A DNA stretch of 35,820 bases from a bacterium (GTDB taxonomy: Bacteria; Eisenbacteria; RBG-16-71-46): positions 1 to 35,820 of the forward strand of contig JAYWEM010000137.1 in the NCBI GenBank assembly GCA_043779265.1. The letters run 5' to 3'. The translations under genes and the position numbers were made by a program. Of the stretch, positions 25,309-33,234 are shown piece by piece (position 1 is the stretch's first letter; every line of letters starts with the position of its first letter). The notes beneath the pieces were generated by a model. It did not search any database. It was not told the origin of the DNA and worked only from the letters and a program-made list of their open reading frames with translations.

Positions 25309-27903
25309 ATGGGAATTCCGCGCAACGCCCGAATCGTCACGCTCGCGCTGCTCCTTCACGCGGCGGGCTCGCCATCGGTGGCCCGAAGCGGAGAGCCCGG
25401 TTGGACGTGGCGCCACGAGGATCCTGCGATCACCGGCCGGCTTGAGGCGATGGGAGGCGACACCGGGTCGGGCCAACTGTTCGGTCCCGCAGGTACCGGT
25501 GCCCATCGGACCGAAGCATGGAAGCTCGACCTCGTCACCCGACGGCTCAGCCGCGATCGATTCGCATCTCCGAGTTGGCGCTACGTGCGAGGGGCACCGG
25601 TCGTATCGGACCGAGTGCGGGGACTGACGCTGATGTTCGGAGGCGAGTACATGGGGCTGCCCTACCCCTATTTCGGGGACAGTCGCACACTGGTCACGGG
25701 AAAGGTCGGTCGCGCTCCGATATGGGCCGAGCAGGACACGCCCATTCCCGCCCGCTGGGGTTCGGTCCTTGCACATGACACGAACCGCGACCGCTATGTC
25801 GTTCTCGGAGGGCAGTCGACCAACCAGTACTCCTCACCGTGGCACGATATCTGGGCTGCGCCAGCCCCGGGAGCGAGCGGGTGGACGCGAGTGATCGCGG
25901 ACTGACGAGCGAGTCCTTCGGCAGGAGTCTCCGCGACCGCCATCGGACCGTTCCGGACGATCACGGGCGTCATGGACCCGGAGCATGACCGGCTAGTCGT
26001 CGTCGCGCGGGATGACACGAAGCAAGTGTATGAACTCTGGTCGCTCGCGCTCGAATCGATGGAGTGGACGTTCCTGGGGCAACTGCCCGGGATCCCGCTC
26101 TCTGGCTTGCACATGATCCTGGATGCGGCGCGATCCCGCCTGATCATCATCAGCGACCCGGTCTACAGCGGACCTTCACTTCGTGTGTTCACATCCCCGC
26201 TCTCCGACCCGATCGGAATCGCTGAGGTGATTCCCAGCGGCGTCGCGCCCGTCCCGCGAGGCTATGTCGTCTGGGATGATCCAGCTGCAGCCCGGAGCTA
26301 CCTTCTCTCGCAGGGAGGAGCCGCTTCCCTGATGGTCCTGGAGCGTGGTGATGAGCTGGCCTGAAGCGCGATCGAACTCGAGCAGGCAGAACCGGCACCG
26401 ACTCCCCGATCGGCTGCCGAACTCGCTTGGCTGCCTTGGGTCAGGCAGTGGGTGCTGGTTGGTGGGTTCACCCTTCAGATCGTCGGCGATTGTAATGCTT
26501 CGCAGTACTACGGCCATCGTTACGAACCCTGGGCGGTGGCCGATGAGCGCGGGAGTTCGTGGGGGAGGCCCTCAGCCGCAATGGGCGGTGCCAGTAGTCT
26601 GGAAGGGTCGTCGCTGGTCGCAGACGCCGAGCGTCGACGCGCACTGCTTTTCGGGGGGATGTGGCTGGACTACGCATGCGTGACGGGCCACATCGAGATC
26701 CAACCACAGTTCACATCCCATCTTCAGGAGTACGTCACGGAGCCCGTTCCCGCGTGGAGAGTGCTCGACGCAATCGGCGGTGGACCGGGACCCCGGGCGT
26801 ATTGCGCGGCCGCGGTGGATGCGGTGCGCGACCGGTTCGTGGTCACCGGTGGCCGCTCCTACGCGACGAACTCCACCTCCACCTCGGACATCTGGACCTT
26901 GGATCTGGTCGGAGCGGGAGGCTGGACACTTCACTCGGCTTCCGGTCCGGGTCCGGCGATCTCCGAGGAATCGAGAGCGGTCCACGACCCGATCCGCGAC
27001 CGCATGCTGGTCTTCAGTTCGGATGGCTCGCTTCGCGCTCTGGCGCTCTCGGATTCCATGGTCTGGTCGGTACTACTACCTCCGGGGCAGCCATTCACTC
27101 GGCGCTATGGGGCCGGGCTCGTGCTCGATCCAGCCGCGGATCGACTGCTGCTGCACGGCGGGTCGAACTACGGCCCGGGCCCCTGGTCCATCCCGCTGTC
27201 GGGCGCCACGGCCCCGGAGCTGCTGACTCCAGGCGGCGAGTTCTCTCCCATGCCGCGAGGTTGGCACGCGATGGCGATCGATCCCACGACTCCGCACATC
27301 CTCCTGGTCGGCGGGGACGAGACCGACGAGGTCTGGCATCTGGAGCATGACCTTCCGACCGCGACGCTCGTGACGCGGAGGCGGGCGGAGGCTCGCGCGG
27401 ACCACGTGAGCCTCGAGTGGCAGTGCGATCGGTTGCTCGAGCAAGCGCACGTCCGGAAGGGGCGAGAGGGTGCGCCCCCCGAGCCCTTTGCGCAGATTCC
27501 GATCCCCGGCGATGGCCGCGTCGAGTTGATCGACCGAGAAGTCGAGCCTGGCTCGTCCTATCGCTACGAACTTCGCTCCGGGCCCTCGGGGCGGACTCGC
27601 CACGATGTCGTGGAACTCAGGGTCCCGGGGCGACTCGAGTCCACTGCCCTCCGACTGGCGCTTCCCTCGCCGGTCTCACTGGGTGCGAACGCTGCGCTCG
27701 AGCTGCCCTCCGCGGAGGATGTTCGCTTCACGGTGTTCGATGCCGGCGGCAGGGCGGTGCTGAGTTGGCGACGAAGCGATCTCCCTGCGGGCCGCCATGC
27801 GATCGCGCTCGAGCCGCTCGCGCCACTGCCTCCTGCCTTGTACTGGCTCGTGGCGACGACGCCGTCGCGTTCAGCGCGTGCGAGGTTCGTGGTCATCCGC
27901 TGA
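25309..27903 (+). pseudogene. Secreted Kelch-like beta-propeller protein with a CTD-like tail, interrupted by two in-frame TGA codons (25903-25905, 26362-26364)
   Basis: ORFs 25276-25905, 25972-26364 and 26452-27903 share one frame, and the gaps contain no other stop. SD GGAGG + ATG 25309 + signal peptide. Repeated D-x3-R-hydrophobic-GG...W blades occur in the first and third pieces, with more degenerate blades in the second. C-terminal VFDAGGRAV...LPPALYWL...RFVVIR. Confidence 0.8.
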
Positions 27904-27983
27904 GCGGGCTTGGGTGCACGCTTGACCCCTCCTCGGGCACTCGCCGAGACTGGCGCGTTCGCACGTCCCACCGAGGAGATCCC

Positions 27984-28364
27984 ATGCCCAGCAAGCCAAC
28001 CCGCAAGCTCGAGACGTTCGCCAACCCGAGTCCCGAGCGCGACTACGTCATCCGACACCTGTGCCCCGAGTACACGGCGCTCTGCCCGGTGACCGGACAG
28101 CCGGATTTCGGCACCATCATCGTGTCGTACATCCCCGATCGGATCTGCGTCGAACTCAAGTCCTTGAAGCTCTATCTGTGGTCGTTCCGCGACGAGGGGC
28201 ACTTCTTCGAGCAGGTCACCAACCAGATCCTCGAGGACCTCGTGCGCGCCACGAAGCCGCGTCGCATGAAAGTGGTGGGGCGATTCGGGGTCCGCGGTGG
28301 CATCTGGACTCGGGTGACCGCCCGCTACGAGAAGCCCGGCCGCGCCAAGCGCCGTCGCACCTGA
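27984..28364 (+). CDS. queF: NADPH-dependent 7-cyano-7-deazaguanine (preQ0) reductase, short type
   Basis: [54 protein letters not shown]. Confidence 0.96.
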   Translation: MPSKPTRKLETFANPSPERDYVIRHLCPEYTALCPVTGQPDFGTIIVSYIPDRICVELKSLKLYLWSFRDEGHFFEQVTNQILEDLVRATKPRRMKVVGRFGVRGGIWTRVTARYEKPGRAKRRRT

Positions 28365-28467
28365 GGATGGGCACGGGGTAGAGCTTGGCGTAGTCTCACC
28401 CCAGCCGGTCCCCGGATCGGTTCCCCAGGGCGGGTCGCTCCCCTCCGCCCGGTTCGCGCGAGTGTCC

Positions 28468-31400
28468 ATGCGGCGATCCCTACTCATCGCATTCGTCCTC
28501 AGCCTGCTGGCCTCCGCTGCGCATGCGGCGGTCGAGGCGGTGCCCGGCGTGCTGCTGGTCCGCTGGCGGCCAGCGGTGCGAATGGCCGAACGGGCTTCGA
28601 TGCGGCAGGAACTGGGTGCTCGGCGCGATCGCGAGTTCGCGGCCATCTCGGTCGAGCGGCTCATCGTGGCGAATGGCTCGACGGAGCAGGCGCTGCTGCG
28701 GCTGGCGCAGGACCCGCGAGTCGAGTTCGCCGAGCCCGACTATCTGGTCCGGCTCGAGCGCACTCCCGATGATCCCCGATTCGCCGAGCAATGGGCGCTG
28801 CAGAACACGGGCCAGACCGGCGGAACGCCCGGTGCCGACGTGCGCGGTCCCCGAGGATGGGATATCGCCACGGACGCGAGCAGCGTGATCGTCGGTGTCG
28901 TCGACACGGGTTCCGATCTCACGCATCCGGACCTCGCCTCGAACCTGTGGGTGAACGAAGGCGAGATCGCGGGCAATGGCATCGATGATGATGGCAACGG
29001 ATACATCGACGACGTGCACGGCTACGACTTCATCAACGACGATGCCGATCCGAGTGACGACCACGGACACGGCTCCCACGTCGCAGGCATCATCGCCGCT
29101 CGAGGCGACAACGCATCGGGCGTGACCGGCGTGGCGTGGCGCGGACGCATCATGTCGCTCAAGTTCCTCGGCTCCACCGGAAGCGGTCCGATGAGCGACG
29201 CGATCGAGGCGATCCTCTACGCGACGCGCATGGGCGCTCGGATCGTCAATCACTCATGGGGTGGCACGGGCTACTCGCAGGCGCTGCTGCTGGCTTTCCG
29301 CGCTTCAGGTCAGGCGGGGGTGACGAGTGTGGTCGCCGCCGGGAACAGCGGCGTCGACCTGGAGGTCCAGCCGGCCTTCCCGGCGGCGTTCCTCGATCCG
29401 GCCATGGTGAAGGTGGCTGCCACCGATGCCTTCGATCGCTTGGCCGACTTCTCGAATCATGGAGCCGTCTCCGTCGAGATCGGCGCGCCGGGCACCGCGA
29501 TCCTCTCGCTTGCGCCGAGTGGCCAGTACGCCGTGCTGTCGGGAACGTCGATGGCCTCGCCTCTGGTGGCCGGGGCGCTTGCACTCCTGTTGGCGAAGGA
29601 ACCCGCGCTCGATCCGATCGCGCTGCGTCAGCGGCTGCTGGCGAGCGCCCTGCCGCTCGCTTCGCTGCAGGGGCGCACGGTCAGTGGTGGCCGCCTCGAT
29701 CTCGTGCGCTTGCTCTCGACGCCCGAGGACGAGCCTCCCGGAGCGATCGCCGACTTTGCGCTGGCGCAGGTGGGATCCCACGCTGCCTGGCTGACGTGGA
29801 CGGCGACGGGTGATGACGGAGCCATCGGCAGTGCCGATCGCTATCTCCTTCGCATCGCCACGGGCCCGGTCGACTCGGTGGCGTTCGAGGACATGACGCC
29901 AGTGCCCGCACCCGATCCGCTTCCCTCGGGCTCGCTCGAACGCGTGCGCATCGGCGGCCTCGCTTCGGAGACCCACTACTGGGTGGCGTTGCGCGCGATG
30001 GACGATCAGGGGAGCGCCGGGCCCCGCACGGTTCCCGTCGAGTTCACCACGCAGCCGCCACCTCGCGCACAGCTCGATCGCGTGCTGGTCGAAAGTGATC
30101 TGGCAGCCGGTGAGAGCGAGCGCCACGTTGTCTTGCTCTCGAACCCCTCGCCCGGAACGCTCGAGTGGAGCTTTCTGAATCCACGTCTGACGACCACCGG
30201 AGCCGGTCCGGTGGCCGCGGGCGGCTACGAAGTCGCGGGGCTCGGTCAGGGAGCGCCGACTCGGTTCGGCTGGGTGACACGAGGGAGCGGGGCCTCGACT
30301 GTCGCGCTCGAAGGGGACGAGGGGATCAGCGCGCCGCTCGCACTTCCCTTCGCGTTCCCGTACTTCGGGGGCGAGTACCGCTCGCTTCGCATCAGCTCGA
30401 ACGGATTCCTCACGTTCCTCGGCGAGGATCCCGCGCCGCAGCCCACCGCACTCCCATCGCCACTCGCACCGCGCGCCACGATCGCGCCGTTCTGGGCCGA
30501 TCTCGATCCGGGCCCGTCGATCCGACGCGTCTGGATGCAGTCGGACCCGTTGCGCGTGGTGATCACGTGGCAGGAAACGCGGCTCTTCGGCGATGCCGAA
30601 CCCTTGACGTTCCAGGTGTGGTTGATGCGGACGGGAGAGGTCCGATTCCAGTATCTCGCCCTGTCGGGGCGCGGGGCCTTCGCGACGGCGGGACTTCAGG
30701 GAGCCGCTGCCTCGCTCGGACTGACGGTGGCGGCCCGGGAGTCGTCGCTGCGGGACTCGCTCGCCGTTCGACTGTTGCCGCCGAGAGCCTGGGCGAAGGC
30801 GGCGCCCGCGGGCGGCGTCCTCGGCCCGGGCGAGGACGTGCTGATCACGGTGGATCTGGAGACGCGCGGCTTGCCCGGTGGGCTGCAATCGGGCGTGCTC
30901 GATCTGGTGAGCGATAGCCCGATCGAACCCTCGCTCGTGCTCGAAGCCCGTCTGATGGCTCGTGCGGCGCCCCATGTGGTCGCATCACACACCTGGCTGG
31001 ATTTCGGTGTGAGCCCCAATCGCCGTGACTCGGAGCGGTCGCTCGGTGTGGCCAACGAAGGGGCGTTGCCTGCTCGCGTCCACTCCATCAGTGTCATGGG
31101 AGCGGCGTTCGAGGCCCCGGAGGAGTCCTTCGATCTGGCCCCGGGCGAGGCTCGCTCGCTCACGGTGAGCTTCCGTCCGACCCGCGTCGGCGAGCAGCGT
31201 GCGATCCTCTCGATCGCATCCGATGATCCCCAGTACCCGCGGCAGGATGTGGTGCTGGCCGGGGAGGGCCGCGAACCAGGAGCGTTCGTGCTCTCGCAGG
31301 TGACGCTGCACGCGGCGGCGGCGACCGGCCTCCGAGCAGGGGCCGAGCGCGACGAACACCGAGTCGCTTTGTCCAACCCGGGCGGCATGCCGATCGCATG

Positions 31401-33126
31401 GCGACTCGCCGCGATCGCCGAGGCGCGTCCCCAGGAGGGAGTGGTCGGGCTCGGCGGCCGATCCCCCTCGGCGGGCGGCCCGGACCCCGCCGGCTATCGC
31501 TGGCGCTCGAGCGATGAACCCGGCGCTCCGCCATTCCTATGGGAGAGCATCCAGCACACTGGCGTTCGACTATTCGGTGGCGCAGATGACTCGGTTCACA
31601 CCGGGCTGCTACTGCCGTTCGAGTTCCCGTTCTACGGTCGCAAGTTCAGTGGTGTGTCGGTGTGCACGAACGGATGGCTGTCTTTCGAGAGCACCGCTCC
31701 GTTGCGTCAGGGCGTGCCGCTGCCCGACCCGGCGGCGCCGCTCGGGCTGATCGCCCCGTTCTGGACCGACCTCGACGCCCGTCTCAGCGGCGGCGACGGC
31801 GCGATCCACGCCAAGGCCGACGGGAATCGGTTCATCGTCGAGTGGACGGACGTCCGCCGGTTCGGGATGAGCGAGCGCTTCGCCTTCCAAGTCTGGCTGT
31901 GGTCGGATGGTCGCATCGACTTCGTCTATCGCCGGATGGATGGAGCGAGAACCGGAGCGACGATCGGTTTGCAGGACGCCGACGGCCGCGTCGGCCTGAC
32001 GATGGCCCATGGCGCGGCGCTAGCCCGCGACAGCTTGCGATTGTCGATACGCCCCACGCCGAACTGGCTGACCGCCACCCACTACGAGGGTGTGTTGGCG
32101 CCTCGCAGCACCGACACGCTCGGGGTCTCGTTCGCAGTCGAGGGGCTGGTCTCCGGTCGTTGGGCCGGCGAACTGCGCTTCGAGTCAGCCTCGCTCGACC
32201 CGGGTGCGTGGAGTGTCCCCTGCACACTGCAGGCGGGGGAGCGGTCGTTCGTCGCATCGGTGACGCCGAGGTCGTGGCGCGCGGCCTCCGAACAACCGTT
32301 CGTGGAACTGGAGTTCGAGCTTCCCGAGCCGCAGCCGGGGGCGTGGTGGCTCGACGATGAGGAGATCACGCCCTCGCGCTCGCAGGAACTGCCGGGAGGC
32401 CGTCGGCGCTACTTCGTGGAATCCGATCGCCTGTTGCCGCGCCTCGCCTCGGGCGATCGCACGCGCGAGTTGGTGATCCGCGATGTGCGAAGCGGCTGGC
32501 AGGTGGCAAGGCAACCGATCGAGGTGGAGTCGCTGCTGTTCGAGGTCGCGGGGCTGCCGGGCGAGGATGCCCCGTCGCCACCCGATCGCGTGCTCGGCGA
32601 GCCTGGCATTCTCCACTGGCCACCCTTCTCCGGGATGACGAGCGTGAGCGCATGGCTGCGCGTCGGCCCGGGTCAGTGGGAGTCGGTGGCGACGAGCGCC
32701 GGGGTCGAGATCGCGATCGAGTGGCCGCGACCCCTCGAGGACGCTCGCCTCGAACTGGTGGCGACGTCGGGCGACAGCGTCGTCGGCGTCTGGCGCAGTT
32801 CACGATTCGCGATCCGTGGTGCGAGCGGTCCGCTCGTTCCCGAGCGACTGGCGTGGTCGGTGCGAGGTGCGAATCCCTCGTTCGCGCCGGTCACGCTGGA
32901 ACTGGCATTGCCATCGCGCGCCGACGTGCGCGCGGAGGTGTTCGACACGCGGGGCGCGAGGGTGCGCGAACTCGCCCGCGGTCCGTTCGAGGCCGGGCTG
33001 CACGCGCTGGTGTGGGATGGGCGCGGCTCGCAGGGCGCCGCGGTCGCCCCGGGCGTTTACCTGGTACGGGCTCGCACGAGCCTCGGGGACATCACCCGCC
33101 GCATCGTGTTCCTCGGCCGTCCTTGA
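28468..33126 (+). CDS. Large secreted S8 subtilisin-like serine peptidase with FN3-like, Ig/ASH-like and duplicated beta-rich domains and an FlgD-Ig/CTD-like tail
   Basis: Triad VVDTG, HGHGSHVAGII, SGTSMASP. Oxyanion AAGN. Ca-binding GIDDDGNGYIDDVHGYDF. FN3-like LTWTATGDDG. Tail VFDTRGARVREL...WDGRGSQG..VAPGVYLVR. Confidence 0.93.
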   Translation: MRRSLLIAFVLSLLASAAHAAVEAVPGVLLVRWRPAVRMAERASMRQELGARRDREFAAISVERLIVANGSTEQALLRLAQDPRVEFAEPDYLVRLERTPDDPRFAEQWALQNTGQTGGTPGADVRGPRGWDIATDASSVIVGVVDTGSDLTHPDLASNLWVNEGEIAGNGIDDDGNGYIDDVHGYDFINDDADPSDDHGHGSHVAGIIAARGDNASGVTGVAWRGRIMSLKFLGSTGSGPMSDAIEAILYATRMGARIVNHSWGGTGYSQALLLAFRASGQAGVTSVVAAGNSGVDLEVQPAFPAAFLDPAMVKVAATDAFDRLADFSNHGAVSVEIGAPGTAILSLAPSGQYAVLSGTSMASPLVAGALALLLAKEPALDPIALRQRLLASALPLASLQGRTVSGGRLDLVRLLSTPEDEPPGAIADFALAQVGSHAAWLTWTATGDDGAIGSADRYLLRIATGPVDSVAFEDMTPVPAPDPLPSGSLERVRIGGLASETHYWVALRAMDDQGSAGPRTVPVEFTTQPPPRAQLDRVLVESDLAAGESERHVVLLSNPSPGTLEWSFLNPRLTTTGAGPVAAGGYEVAGLGQGAPTRFGWVTRGSGASTVALEGDEGISAPLALPFAFPYFGGEYRSLRISSNGFLTFLGEDPAPQPTALPSPLAPRATIAPFWADLDPGPSIRRVWMQSDPLRVVITWQETRLFGDAEPLTFQVWLMRTGEVRFQYLALSGRGAFATAGLQGAAASLGLTVAARESSLRDSLAVRLLPPRAWAKAAPAGGVLGPGEDVLITVDLETRGLPGGLQSGVLDLVSDSPIEPSLVLEARLMARAAPHVVASHTWLDFGVSPNRRDSERSLGVANEGALPARVHSISVMGAAFEAPEESFDLAPGEARSLTVSFRPTRVGEQRAILSIASDDPQYPRQDVVLAGEGREPGAFVLSQVTLHAAAATGLRAGAERDEHRVALSNPGGMPIAWRLAAIAEARPQEGVVGLGGRSPSAGGPDPAGYRWRSSDEPGAPPFLWESIQHTGVRLFGGADDSVHTGLLLPFEFPFYGRKFSGVSVCTNGWLSFESTAPLRQGVPLPDPAAPLGLIAPFWTDLDARLSGGDGAIHAKADGNRFIVEWTDVRRFGMSERFAFQVWLWSDGRIDFVYRRMDGARTGATIGLQDADGRVGLTMAHGAALARDSLRLSIRPTPNWLTATHYEGVLAPRSTDTLGVSFAVEGLVSGRWAGELRFESASLDPGAWSVPCTLQAGERSFVASVTPRSWRAASEQPFVELEFELPEPQPGAWWLDDEEITPSRSQELPGGRRRYFVESDRLLPRLASGDRTRELVIRDVRSGWQVARQPIEVESLLFEVAGLPGEDAPSPPDRVLGEPGILHWPPFSGMTSVSAWLRVGPGQWESVATSAGVEIAIEWPRPLEDARLELVATSGDSVVGVWRSSRFAIRGASGPLVPERLAWSVRGANPSFAPVTLELALPSRADVRAEVFDTRGARVRELARGPFEAGLHALVWDGRGSQGAAVAPGVYLVRARTSLGDITRRIVFLGRP

Positions 33127-33234
33127 CGCTTCGAGGTGTGGCCGGAACACTGTGTGCTGCATGTGCCTCGGGCCGATTGCATCCCCGAGCCTCGCGCGTG
33201 CGTAGAGCGAGTGGGGACCCACCGGGCGGAGGGC

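Noticed and set aside
25903..25935. Selenocysteine insertion at the TGA codons
   Set aside because: Neither position is in a Cys/redox motif, the hairpin after the first TGA is short, and none is evident after the second. Kept only as a check.
25903..26364. Genome-wide TGA recoding (genetic code 4 or 25) as the explanation for the internal stops
   Set aside because: Conserved genes here (ggt, queF, pdxH, miaB) end at TGA at their expected C-termini, and no other gene has internal TGA.
27904..27983. preQ1 riboswitch upstream of queF
   Set aside because: No preQ1-I pattern (short stem plus A-rich 3' tail) is visible. Only a weak TTGACC-N18-GAGACT promoter-like element and an SD are present.
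27417..27983. N-terminal extension of queF given by the 315-aa ORF call
   Set aside because: It overlaps the Kelch-like gene in another frame. The SD and QueF homology start at ATG 27984.
22117..28364. miaB and queF as a tRNA-modification cluster
   Set aside because: Opposite strands, about 4.5 kb apart with unrelated genes between, and different pathways. Probably coincidental.
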